A DNA stretch of 63,129 nt, the filler included, from Octopus bimaculoides (Eukaryota), in assembly GCF_001194135.2 (NCBI RefSeq). It is 7 parts of 6 records of this genome, joined end to end, with 100 filler letters (N's around TTAATTAATTAA, not from the genome) between each part and the next. Parts side by side here need not be neighbours in the genome. Positions count along the whole stretch, not along the records: positions 20,487 to 47,452 come from NC_068983.1; 6 more parts are not named here. The stretch is one strand, 5' to 3'. Positions 27,529 to 39,347 of the stretch are shown here, piece by piece (positions within the stretch are counted from its first letter, which is position 1; the number at the start of each line of letters is the position of its first letter). A program made the position numbers and the translations under genes. The notes below the pieces were generated by a model. That model saw only the letters and a program-made list of their open reading frames with translations. It was not told the DNA's origin and did not search any database.

Positions 27529-27710
27529 ATGTCTAGAAGCACAAAGGCAGCAAATGACTGTGCAAGGAAAACACCAGATACAGTTGCAAGATTCTACATG
27601 ATAACATCAAGACATCACCAAGCTGGTTATCTGATTCTTGGTTTGTCATGATGGCATCAAGCACATCTCAAGCCTGATCTGTGAGGTGGTGGGTGTTTCT
27701 CAAAAATGTA
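27529..27710 (+). pseudogene. H4: Histone H4 pseudogene fragment (codons ~1-66, 3'-truncated)
   Basis: Allowing two 1-nt deletions, it reads MSRS-KGSK*LCKENTRYSCKILHDNI(Q)DITKLVI*FLVCHDGIKHISSLICE..VFLKNV against [59 protein letters not shown]. In the in-register core the changes are mostly C>T/G>A; context is caatcatcATG. Confidence 0.85.
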
Positions 27711-27812
27711 AACTAGATCAGACCACTTTTGCCTCAAACTGATCAACTCATATTTCCTGTACTGCTTTCTGACTGGCATCTTTTTGACCCTTTGCTTTGA
27801 GTTCTTCATTGA

Positions 27813-28312
27813 TCATCATCATCATCATCATCGTTTAACGTCCGCTTTCCATGCTAGCATGGGTTGGACGATTTGACTGAGGACTGGTGAAACCGGATGG
27901 CAACACCAGGCTCCAATCTAATTTGGCAGAGTTTCTACAGCTGGATGCCCTTCCTAACGCCAACCACTCAGAGAGTGTAGTGGGTGCTTTTACGTGTCAC
28001 CCGCACGAAGGCCAGTCAGGTGGTACTGGCAATGGCCATGCTCAAAATGGTGTCTTTTNNNNNNNNNNNNNNNNNNNNNNNNNNNNNNNNNNNNNNNNNN
28101 NNNNNNNNNNNNNNNNNNNNNNNNNNNNNNNNNNNNNNNNNNNNNNNNNNNNNNNNNNNNNNNNNNNNNNNNCCCTTTGTCGCCAGCAGAGGTAAGAGCG
28201 CTCTAAACTTTGCCCAGGCTATTCTTATTCTAGCAGCTACACTTTCAGCGCACCCACCCCCACTACTAATTTGGTCACCCACCCAGATATCGGAAGCTAT
28301 CGACTACCTCTA
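27813..28312 (-). mobile_element. Young RTE LINE fragment (RT C-terminal piece plus 3' UTR, (GAT)n tail), spanning a gap
   Basis: DQISSGGGCAESVAARIRIAWAKFRALLPLLATK; the 3' UTR is shared with 33920-34195, 34658-34768, 41375-41620 and 47050-47452. Confidence 0.85.
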
Positions 28313-28963
28313 GTTTTTCTCCCTGGAATGAGATAGAAGTTGTTTCCTGTTTGTTTACAGTGTTTATTGCACCTGAACATCTGCCACATACAAGAACTAA
28401 CTTCCTAGTTAACCTGCCTTTGATATTGCTGCACCTCTTATGTGTCCATAGCTTACACCGGGTACATCTTATAGAGTTACTACCTACTCCTTTTGATGTT
28501 TTTATATAAATATGTTTTGTCAGTTTACAGAACTTATGTTTTAATTATACTTCATACTTTTTCCTTACCTTTTATAGTTTTTGAATTTTGCCTCAATAAT
28601 AGTTATTTTTCTGGCTGTAAAATGCATTACCTGTAAAATGAGAGAACTAGCAAGAAGAATGTGGACACAGGAGTGATAATATTCGCAATTATTTATCTAT
28701 ATTAGAAACAATTATTATTATTATCATTATTATTATTATTATTATTAAGGTGGTAAGCTGGCAGAATTGTTAGCATGCCGGGTAAAATGCTTCATGTTAT
28801 TTTTTCTGTCTTTACATTCTGAGTGCAAATTCCACCAAGGACAACTTTGCCTTTCATCCTTTGGGATCGATAAATTAAGTACCAGTGAAACACTGGGGTC
28901 GATGTAATCAACTAGTCCCCTCTCCTAAAAAATTTCAGGCCTTGTACCTATAGTACAAAGGAA

Positions 28964-29007
<44 letters not shown>

Positions 29008-29039
29008 TGTTATTATTATTTAATTCTTTTAAGGTGATG

Positions 29040-29290
29040 AGCTGACTTCACCAGCCCCATTTTCTGGCCTCCTAATTTCCCTGATTAAAATACCATGGGT
29101 TACTATGTGTGGGGCACAGTAGAAAAAGACACCAACCACACTACTTATGGCAGCAAGGGCAAGCTGGTGGCAAGATCAAGTCAGTGTTTGACGATCTTCT
29201 CAGAGACACAGTAATAAACATATGCACCAGGTTCCAGTGCCATCTTGAGGCCATGGTGGAAACTGAGGGCAGCTACTTTGTGTAAACTAG
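29040..29290 (+). mobile_element. Old Tc1/mariner transposase C-terminal remnant
   Basis: WPPNFPD*NTMGYYVWGTVEKDTN resembles WPPNSPDLNPMDYYVWG; the frameshifted tail resembles RLEAVVEAEGGYF. Confidence 0.7.
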
Positions 29291-29369
29291 TATCTCCCAG
29301 TCATAAATTAGTTGATATTTTTGGATTTTTTAAAAAATACTTTTATTTTTAGATGGGATATTGTGTTTT

Positions 29370-29554
29370 GTTGTGTCTGGGGAGAGTCATTTTCTTATTG
29401 TGCCTTAAAATTTAACACACTCACCATTAAAATTTCCACTTATTTCTTATTTTTATTTTCCTAAAATTTTCGTTGTGTCTTGCAACCTTTTCAATAGTCT
29501 TGACTCTTTTAAATTTTAAGGCACAATAAGAAAATGACTCTCCCCAGACACAAC
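29370..29554. repeat. Foldback element: perfect 44-bp inverted repeat with 97-bp spacer
   Basis: 29370-29413 GTTGTGTCTGGGGAGAGTCATTTTCTTATTGTGCCTTAAAATTT is the exact reverse complement of 29511-29554. Confidence 0.9.
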
Positions 29555-31169
29555 AGAATATGCTTCAACACACGAAATCACATAAAAAATCTTGCAAACT
29601 AAATCCAAAAACGAAATATTGTGTTTCTTTTTGTTTTATGCAAACTGTCAAATTTAGCCTGAACACCTTGTATGTGTACAACAGTGATTCCAGGTAGAAA
29701 AGAAAAAAAGCAGTGGATATAAAAAACAACAAATCAAAGTAAAAAGAAGTGAAATAATCCAACAGCAGAAAGGACATTTACAAGCAAATTTGCACACAGA
29801 GATAAGGGGAAAATTATGTTTCAAGTTCTATTTTTCCTGTTTGTATCACCAAACCTATATAACTTGATTTTATAAAATACTTTTTTTTCAAATTAACTCC
29901 ATTCTTACTTATTTTATTTACCTGTCATTTTAATTTACCTGTCAGGTGGGTAATACTTTTTAATTTATATTTGTGAATCATTATTGTGTGTATTTATGTA
30001 TGTGTGTGTATGAATTTACTTCAATTTGCAGTTTTCTTCAAACAAATTCCAGTATTTAGTTCTGTTTTGATTTTATGGTACACCTGTTTAATATGCATTC
30101 TAATTCAGTTAAAAATTCAATTATATGCACAACTTTTCTGTTTTAAAATTTTGTTGGACACCCAGGAGAATACTAGACAACTCATTTTTATGGCTATGTT
30201 TAAATTTAAATAATTTTACATTATGCTGAATTCACTTGTAATTATATTTGCTTTGAGAGAAAAACTATGTAGTAGATTAATTCAAGCACCTGTCATAGCA
30301 TTATGTTCCAAAACAAACATATGCTAATAACATCATAATTGTTTATTGAAACCAGTCTAAACCCATGACAATTTTAGAATTTTAATTGAAATACATAGTG
30401 TTTGTATTTTAGTTAGAAATATAGTAAAAAAAAAAAAGGGTTAAATAATATGGGTGGGTTTCAGATGGAAAAAAAGTAGAAGAAATATTAAAGAGAAAAT
30501 TACTGTGTGCTTGGGCAACAGTTTGAAGGGCCATTTTCTTTCCCCTATATCACCCTTACATGTGCATGTCTAATTGAGATCATATCCAAAAGTTTATGCT
30601 GAGTCAGAGGAAGATAAACGTTGTTCCTGTAAGAGAAAAGCAGTTTATTGGTCAAGTTTTATGGAAGAAATTAATGCTAAATTATGGGGAGTTTCTGAGT
30701 ATCAACAGCCCGTAAATGCCAGATTTCTGGAGCTTCGTGGCCATAGAATTCCAAATCCTGTGTCTCTAGTGGAGATTAATTTTCATTTTATAGTGGGAAA
30801 GATAGACCTTCTTGAATCAAATGCAAATACCAGCTTGGTATTCTGGCATGAGTATGACCACCAAAAATGGCATTATGAAAAAGGTTCATTCCACAGGTCA
30901 AATACTAATACCTGTTTGGTGTCTGGCATGAATAAGACCACCAAAATCTGTGATATAAAAGCAGTTCAAAGGAACAACCATACTACATCATTTGTCATGT
31001 GGGGCAACAAGAGATGCATTCAGACCTTAAGGAGAGGGGTCCATTAAAAAAATATATTGCAGTCTCTGCCCAATACCAGTATAACCAGCAATAAGCCTTC
31101 AACTTGTTCTGTGAGGTGCTGGAAGTACAAAGGATGCATGTCCCAGAACACCAGAAGAGGATAACCATC

Positions 31170-33656
31170 AAGGATTAGGAATTGAAATATCACAACCCTC
31201 ATGGGTAAAGAACAGGAACTAGAGGAGGAGGCCAAACACTACTAGCTAGATATAATCGGTGTCTCCTCTGCAAGGTTCTTAGGTTCTAGTACTGTAGAGT
31301 TGGGTGGAGGGTAAAAACTCCACTATTCAGGTGTGGTGCCAACTCTGTCTGCACAAGCAGGAGTGAAGATACTCAAAAAGTCCCTAGCTATCAGATTGTG
31401 TTATGAGGTGGATCCACAAGATGGGAGGGGTTGTCTCCTGAAGCTTAAGCTAAAGGAAGCCTTGCTGTGGCTATTGCCAATAAATGCACCAAAGAGTAAA
31501 GCTAAATACAAACCCCTCCCTGACAAAGTCACTGCAGCTTTAAGATCAGTCATTTGTACTTCAAGGAGACTTTAATGCACAAGCTGGCACTGATCGCCAG
31601 ATGTGGAAAAGAGTGATTGGACAGAATAACAATCCTGAACTAAGTGCAAATGAAGAGGCTTTACTAGATTTCTATGCTGGAAATGAACACATTCTTCCAG
31701 CATTGGAATGTTTGTATCTGGTATAGGGATACTTTTGGGCAGAGATCCCTGACAGATGTTGCTATTGTCTCTGACCTCTTTGATTCTGCACTGGATGTTC
31801 CTGTAAAGAGAGTGGCAGAACTCTCAACTGATCACCACCTAGTTGTCTGTAACCTGAGACTAAAGCAAAGAGAACTAACAAAACTGATAAGTCCAGCATG
31901 ACCTACAAAATAAAATGAGATAAAATGGTGGAAGATGGGATCAGAAACAAATATGTGAACACTATTGCATCCAAATCAGAGACCTTCCTGAACAGACTGA
32001 GGATGTTGAAATGATGTGGAGACTGTTTTGTTTGTCACTTTTTTCTTCAGCCATAAAATGCTATGGATGAAAAGGTCTTAGTGTGGTGCCAGGTGGTAAA
32101 AAAAACAGGAAGTTAAAAACGCTGTCCAAGCAAGGAAGGAGGCTTAAAAAGCTTGGTTTGGAAACAAGTCTCCTTTTTGTACAGGCAGTATACTGAGATG
32201 TAAAAAGTTTTAACACAGACAGTAAAAACCCATGGTTAAGTCATGGGAAGACTTAGGGGTAATACTGGAGTCTGACTTTAGATTGACCAATAAAGTATTC
32301 TGGTGGACCATACACTGAATTTTTAACAAGAAGCCTTCTTCCACATCTGCCATTAATAATTTGACTGGGGGGGGGGGTCTTCTCTCTACAGAGAAAACCA
32401 TAATTGGAAGATGTACTTTACTAATCTTCTAAATCCAGTCCCAATAAAATCTTCTGGTAGATACAAGGTGCATCTAAGGGTAAAGACTAACCTCACAGAG
32501 GATGAAGTCATAGAGGTGATTAAAGCTCTCAAATGTAGAAAGGTCACTGAAGTGGAGGAAATTTTCTCTGAGATGTTAAAAGCCTTAAATAAGGAAAGTA
32601 TTCTCTGGCTGGCTCATGTATGTCAAGTGACTAGGACCTCTGAAATAATAATATCAATTTTTAAAAGGGAGATAAGAGAGTGGTCTGATTACAGAGGAAT
32701 CTCCTGGTTGAGCCTCCCTAGAAAAGTATAAGTTTGGTGTCTGGAGAAGAGTTTTTGGGAAATTATTGAGCTCAACTTAGCTGAAGAACAGCTCAACTTA
32801 ACTGTACAACTGACCAGACAATCACTCTATGGCAAATCTTTGAGAAATTGTGGGAATATTGTAAAAAGGTGTACATTGCTTTGTAGACCTCAAAAAAAGC
32901 ATAATGCACACTACAGGACATGATATGGAGGGTTTTACAGGAATTTGGGTTTTATGGGCAACTTCTAGTTGCCAAAAAGTCCCTTTATAAATGCCCAGAT
33001 GTCTGTTCAAAGTAGATGTTGGACTGTGGCAAGCATATATATATATTGTCATCTCGCCTTTCCATAATTTTTATGAACTGGAGTGCCATATGCAGCTGTT
33101 ACAGAAATGGTATAACAATTGATGGATGTAGGATAGGTATTTGCAGGTGAAATGGTATTACTTGGCTCATCAGGTTATCTCTATCATGCTCTGAATGGGT
33201 TTGCTCCCAAGTGCTTCAAGGTGGGGATGAGAATTAGTGTTGCAAAGACTAAGACATTGGTCCTCGCAAGAGTTCATTCTGCATGTTAGTGGGACATCAC
33301 TGAGGCAAGAGAAGTTTAAGTGTTTTGGGACCATATTCATGAGGGATGGGAAGTAGGGCTGAATTGAATGCTAGAATTGCAGGTGCTGATACAGTAATGC
33401 ACCAGCTCCAGCTATTTTTGGTTTCTATGCCTATCCTCATCTATGGTTAGGAATGTTGTGTAATGATTGAAAGAGCATGATTGTGATTACAAGCAGCCAA
33501 AATGGGGCTCCTTTGAAGGGTCTCTGGTGTAATGTTACTTGACAGGGTGCATAGCTCAGGAATCAGGATCCCTCCACAGTGAGCCACTACTTCTCCATAT
33601 TGAGAGATCTCAGCTCCAGTGCTACAGATATGTGATTAGAATGTCATGGGAAACAA
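31170..33656 (+). mobile_element. Old, degenerate RTE-clade LINE of Expander/Rex3 type (endonuclease plus RT)
   Basis: NITTLMGKEQELEEEA...LDIIGVSS, GDFNAQAG, MNTFFQH, WYRDTFGQRSL, VKRVAELSTDHHLVV, DYRGISWLSLPRKV and EPLLLHIERSQL, in order and with many stops and frameshifts. Confidence 0.8.
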
Positions 33657-34195
33657 TCACAAACATAAGAAGCGTCAGTAGTGGTGTGCAAGAGAGACGA
33701 TTGCGCTGGTTTGGACATGTGGTGAGAATGAATGAGGATAGCTGCGTGAAAAAGTGCCACTCCCTAACAGTTGAGGAAACCCGTGGAAGAGGTAGGCCCA
33801 GGAAGACCTGGGCTGAGGTGGTGAGGCAAGACCTTCGAACATTGGGCCTCACCGAGGCGATGACTACTGACCGAGACCTTTGGAAATGTGCTGTGCGTGA
33901 GAAGACCCGGCAAGCCAAGTGAGATCGTTGCCAGTGCCCCTGGACTGGCTCTTGTGCGGGTGGCACATAAAAGACACCATTTCGAGCGTGGCCGTTTTCG
34001 TGCGGGTGACACGTAAAAGCACCCACTACACTCTCTGAGTGGTTGGCGTTAGGAAGGGCATCCAGCTATAGAAACTCTGCCAAATTAGATTGGAGCCTGG
34101 TGTAGCCATCCGGTTGCACCAGTCCTCAGTCAAATCATCCAACCCATGCTAGCATGGAAAGCGGACGTTAAACGATGATGATGATGATGATGATA
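33657..34195 (+). mobile_element. Young 5'-truncated RTE LINE 3' end with (GAT)n tail
   Basis: VQERRLRWFGHVVRMNEDSCVKKC...RGRGRPRKTWAEVVRQDLRTLGLTEAMTTDRDLWKCAV...*, followed by a 3' UTR ending GCGGACGTTAAAC(GAT)n. Confidence 0.9.
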
Positions 34196-34289
34196 TTTTT
34201 CTAACTACCATTCTTGTCTACGTATTTGGACACTTATACAAAATCAGGTCAGCAAAACCTTACACTACCTCCTTTAATACTGTGATTGA

Positions 34290-35080
34290 GAAGACCCTGC
34301 AACTAAAGTGAGATTGCAGCCATGCATGTCCAGCTCTGTTAAGAATACCCCTGATGCGTCAGGTGATATGATATGCTTGAGGAGACATGTTGAGTCAAAT
34401 AAAACCAATACCATAGCTGGGGCCAGTGCCTCCTGACTGGCTCTCATGCCGTGGCACATAAAAAGCACCATCTGAACATGGTCAATGCTGGGTCCGCCTG
34501 ACTGGCTCCTGTGCCAGTGGCACGTAAAAAGTACCCACTACACCCTCAGAGTGGTTGGTGTTAGGAAGGGCATCCAGCTGTAGAAACATTGCCAGATCAG
34601 ATTGGAGCCTGGTGCAGCTGCTGGCTCTCCAGACCTCGGTCAAACCATCCATCCCATGCCAAATTAGATTGGAGCCTGGTGTTGCCATCCGGTTTCACCA
34701 GTCCTTAGTCAAATCGTCCAACCCATGCTAGCATGGAAAGCGGACGTTAAACGATGATGATGATGATATATGTAGGAGCACTCTATCGGTTACGACGAGG
34801 GTCCCAGTTGATATGATCAATGGAACAGCCTTCTCATGAAATTAATGTGCAAGTGACTGAGCAATCCAGACACGTGTACCCCTAATGTAGTTCACAGGGA
34901 AACTCAGCGTGACAAGGCTGCCCTTTGAAATACAGGTACTACTCATTTTTGCCAGCTGAGTGGACTGGAGCAATGTGAAATAAAGTGTCTTGCTCAAGGA
35001 CACGTGTCGCTGGGAATCGAACTCACCTACTTATGATTGTGAGCCAAATGCCCTAACCACTAAGCCACGTGCCTTCACAA
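34290..35080. mobile_element. Cluster of RTE 3'-UTR fragments (plus) followed by a minus-strand SINE
   Basis: Repeated GGAAGGGCATCCAGCTGTAGAAAC and AGATTGGAGCCTGG segments and a (GAT)n tail at ~34753-34768; the SINE body at 34770-35080 is related to 45842-46225 and 56499-56760. Confidence 0.7.
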
Positions 35081-35478
35081 TATATATATATATATATATA
35101 TACATATATATATACACACACACAATAGGCTTCTTTCAGTTTCTGTCTACCAAATTCACTCACAAGGTTTTGGTCAGCTCAAGGCTATAGTAGAAGACAC
35201 TTGCCAAAGGTGTCATGCAGTGGGACTGAATCCAGAATCATGCGATTGAGAAGCAAGCTACTTACCACACAGCTACATCTGCACCTACATACATACATAC
35301 ATATATACACACACACACACACACACATGTGGAGCTATGGATGTGTAAAGAAATTNNNNNNNNNNNNNNNNNNNNNNNNNNNNNNNNNNNNNNNNNNNNN
35401 NNNNNNNNNNNNNNNNNNNNNNNNNNNNNNNNNNNNNNNNNNNNNNNNNNNNNNNNNNNNNNNNNNNNNNNNNNNNNN

Positions 35479-35515
<37 letters not shown>

Positions 35516-35761
35516 TTACCCTCTACTGCTGGTGTCACAATAAAGTGCACCCAGTACATTATGTAAAGTGGTTAGTTACAGGATGAGCATCAAGTCATAG
35601 ATAAAAAAAAAAGCCAAAACTGGAATGTATGCACACAAAGTGATCCAGTGATCACTGACTAGAACAACCTGTCCACTTTCATTACTAGCATGAAAAGTGG
35701 ACAGAAAATGGAAGACAACAGCAACAATAATGATAACGAAGAACATTGTGGAAATGAAATG

Positions 35762-35820
35762 TTTATTAACAAGCTGCTATCACAAGCTCGTCTTTTGCAT
35801 CCTTTTATGAAGAATTTATT
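35762..35820 (-). promoter_or_regulatory. Candidate NOL6 polyadenylation signals
   Basis: AATAAA on minus at 35820-35815 and 35767-35762, ~290-345 nt downstream of the stop codon. Confidence 0.45.
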
Positions 35821-36111
35821 TACAAGTTTTACTCAGTTCTTAATATGTTGAATTTTTATGTCCTGCCAATGTAAGTTTCTTTGAAAAGTGATTTTATTCA
35901 GGCAGGATGAGATGAAATAGAAACAAATCCCTGTGGTCAGGAATGGAGAGTGATGCAAAATGGTTTTCCAGCAGGAAATGGAAACAGAAATATTCATCAG
36001 AAAAACTGGGTTAAATCTGTAATGGTCAATTTCAAATGTAAAACACAAACCATAACTATATACACACACACAGAGTTTGTCTTTACAGTCTAAACAAAGC
36101 ATTGGAGAACA

Positions 36112-36264
36112 TTATGTGAGTAAAGACATAGTTTTCACTTTAATATGTTCTACAATTCCATTGCCAAGAATCTTCATATCTTCAATAATAGCTTCAATGT
36201 TTGGCACAAGCTGGTTCTCTTTAGAGGATTCTTCAAACAAACACTGACCATTCACTAATGATAC
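36112..36264 (-). CDS. NOL6: Nucleolar protein 6 (Utp22/Nrap family), terminal coding exon
   Basis: tttcag|GTA...; VSLVNGQCLFEESSKENQLVPNIEAIIEDMKILGNGIVEHIKVKTMSLLT*, matching the NOL6 C-terminus as I recall it (VPNVEAILEDF..LGEGLV); 153 nt, phase 0. Confidence 0.9.
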   Translation of the reverse strand, partial: VSLVNGQCLFEESSKENQLVPNIEAIIEDMKILGNGIVEHIKVKTMSLLT

Positions 36265-37564
36265 CTGAAACAGAAACAATACAATTAGTTTCTAAGTTAC
36301 ATTATAGATGAGAGACTCTATCTCCCTACAGCAGGAAATAAACTAGAATGAGAGAGATAGGGGGGAGAAAAGGATTGTATCCATTCTTTTATTGTACATC
36401 TACGTTTCCTTAGAATTATGAAATGAGTGCATGTAGAAGGGAGATAATCTATGCCTTCTCTCTCTGCAACTCATTCTGTTTTACTGTCTGCAGTCAATTT
36501 CATATAAACATTGAATTGCATTCCGAGCTACGATTTTTATGAGTGTAAAATACATTCACAATTCTCTGAACAGTGGAGGGCAACAGAGAAGACTAATCGT
36601 CACCAGCTGTAAATTTTACCCAGAAAATCGAATTAAACCTGATCAAGGCACCAAAAAGAAAGGGCAAAATAAGAAATATAAAAGTTATCAACTTTTAATA
36701 TCCTATTGAAAACTCAGACCAGTAACAATTGAGGAGAAAATACTTTATCGTGTATTTTTTCTGGTCAGATTATCATGAAAATTGACAGGATGTCAATTCT
36801 TAACATCCTGTTGCAAACTCATAGTAACAATTGAGGAAAAAAATAACTTTATAGTATATTTTTTGTGGTCAGATTATCATGAAAATTGGCATTATTGCTG
36901 AAAAGTCGTATTTGTTTATTTGTGTTTTTAGATGTAAATAATTTGTACAAAAACAACATTATGTATGTGTAATCGTTAATTTATTATATAGAAACAACTA
37001 AAAAAAACAGACACTCAAAAATGACAGTAAAGAGAGACACTAGTAATAAATGTAATTAGTTACAGATATGGACATACAAGCATCACAAGCAAAAAAATTG
37101 TTTTCCATTTTTGTAGCTTTTTCATTATGAAATTTACAAGCTGAATTACTCTCTTTAAAAACACACAGATATAAGCAAAGTGACAAAAACTCCTCCAAAA
37201 ATATATCACAAAAATTCAGCAACAGGTGTATTCTAATACCAAATATTACACAAGGTAAATGAATGATGAGGGAAAGGTTTAAAGTTTTTTCCCCTCAGAT
37301 TAGCAAGTTCATAACTTCCTTCAATATAAATTCTTGATTCGGGTGGTCCAGATGATGTGGGAGTGAAAGATACACAGATTTGTGTTGTAAAGGGTGTTAA
37401 GTGTTAAAGCTGAAGATAGAAGGTATGAAATACTCAGTCAGTGTCAACACTGCATAACTGCTTTAAGGACTTCATTCACATACACCAACACTACCACTCA
37501 ACACACATTTAATCATCCTCCCAAACACTCACCACTACATTAGATGTATAAAGCAAGAACATAC

Positions 37565-37666
37565 CTTGAACCCTTGAGGTTGAAATATCTTAGGTCTCCA
37601 TAAAACTCCTATCACACTGCTACTGTATTCATCACTATAAAACAAAGCAAGGTGACCAAATGTTTC
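37565..37666 (-). CDS. NOL6: NOL6 coding exon (6th of 7 visible)
   Basis: ttttcag|...|gtatgt; ETFGHLALFYSDEYSSSVIGVLWRPKIFQPQGFK (cf. EAFGDLALFFYD..GG.VIGVLWKP); 102 nt, phase 0-0. Confidence 0.92.
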
Positions 37667-38590
37667 CTGAAAAAATCAATATTTAAAAAATCAGTAACAA
37701 TTCTCTGCTGACACCAATATGTTGACACTGATGTCCACCAAGAGGCTGACACAAAAGCCAAACAGCAAAACAAACCAAAAAGAAACACCAATATAGGTGG
37801 TTCCATCACAGCCATTTTTTCCCATTCAATCACTGGTACAGTTGATTTCTTTCTGTCATTTAGTCTTTGATTATTCTGTAACCAGCAAACCTATAATGAC
37901 AGATGTTCCAACCATGACCATCCTGTCTCTTATTTAAGAGAGCATAGCTACATTATTCAATTGTCCATGCTACTTCTAGATGACAGAGTGTAATTTAAGG
38001 ATCTCCCTCCCCTCATATGCTCAGGTACTTGCAGTAATTATTGTTTGTTTAGATCCAACTCAGTTCTGTTCCAGTAGATTTATCTATGATCAAAATATTT
38101 TCCAGCTGTAAACATTCAATCTTCTGATTATATATTCTAACTGTTTTATGTTCAAACAAGCCAGATCCAGCTTCTCACACCTATCCCACAATATCATTCT
38201 ACAAATAAACAACTATGTCATCAAAATCTCATAGCTTTAAGATAAAGCTATTTCCACTGAAATATAATCATAAATACTGAAAAATTTTCAAGTGCTAATT
38301 TTTCAATGTATAAACATGTATTATATATATATATATNNNNNNNNNNNNNNNNNNNNNNNNNNNNNNNNNNNNNNNNNNNNNNNNNNNNNNNNNNNNNNNN
38401 NNNNNNNNNNNNNNNNNNNNNNNNNNNNNNNNNNNNNNNNNNNNNNNNNNNNNNTACAGAATAATGCCACACACTAGACTTCCAAAATAAACACATTATT
38501 ATGATGGGTTTTTTTCCCTTATGAATTTTTTACACACTAGCTTCCTGATAAAATTCTTGTAAAAGATTTTTATCCTATTATTGAATTAAT

Positions 38591-38630
<40 letters not shown>

Positions 38631-39161
38631 AAGACATATACATACATTAATCATCAGCAGTAGCATTTAGCATCCATTTTCCATGCTGGCATGGGTTAGA
38701 CAGTTTGACTGGAACTGGTAAGCCAGAGATCTGTCCTAGGTTCCAGTCTGTTTTGGCTTGGTTTCAACAGTTGGACATCCTTTCTAATACCAACTACTCC
38801 ATACTGGGTGTCTTTTACATGTCACCAGCACTTGCCATGACCGGGATTTCACTTGGATGTACACACACACACACGCACACACACTCTCACATCCACATAT
38901 ACACTGTAAAAATTCTGCTTTACAATCTGGTCACATCTAATGATAGCTGCAAAACTACAAACCAAGGGAACTCTTGCAGTCATTTGATCTACTAAAAATA
39001 GCAGCCAAATTTCCGTTCATTTGCATCCTCTATCTTATAAGCCAGATATATTAAGATGGGAATTCTTTTGATCATGTAGCTGCACAATTAGAGTTGACGT
39101 ATCTACAGAATATGAGGACACAAAAGACATTAACTTTGTGAAATTAAGTAAAAGAATATAC

Positions 39162-39347
39162 CCTGAGATCTTTCATGAAAAGCTGTTTTGGTCGGTAATC
39201 AACAACTGGAAGATTGGAAGGATTACTAAGAAATGCTGGGTAATTCCTTCTGCCAATGGAGTCAATAGCTTGACCTGGACTAGCTTCTTGGTCATGTTTT
39301 AAATGAATAACCACATCAAATGGCTCCAGAGATGGGCGGAATATTTT
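39162..39347 (-). CDS. NOL6: NOL6 coding exon (5th of 7 visible)
   Basis: tttcag|...|gtatat; KIFRPSLEPFDVVIHLK...LPVVDYRPKQLFMKDLR (cf. VFRPPLDIYDVLIRL...MPVLGYDP..LYL.QLR); 186 nt, phase 0-0. Confidence 0.9.

Noticed and set aside
28361-28481. Possible plus-strand exon (VFIAPEHLPHTRTNFLVNLPLILLHLLCVHSLHR) after tgtttacag
   Set aside because: Weak donor, no partner exons and no recognisable homology.
37612-37833. ORF resembling a signal-peptide/membrane protein (MEPPILVFLFGLFCCLAF...)
   Set aside because: It is T-rich intron read into the NOL6 exon 37565-37666 in a different frame; the NOL6 frame has splice sites and homology.
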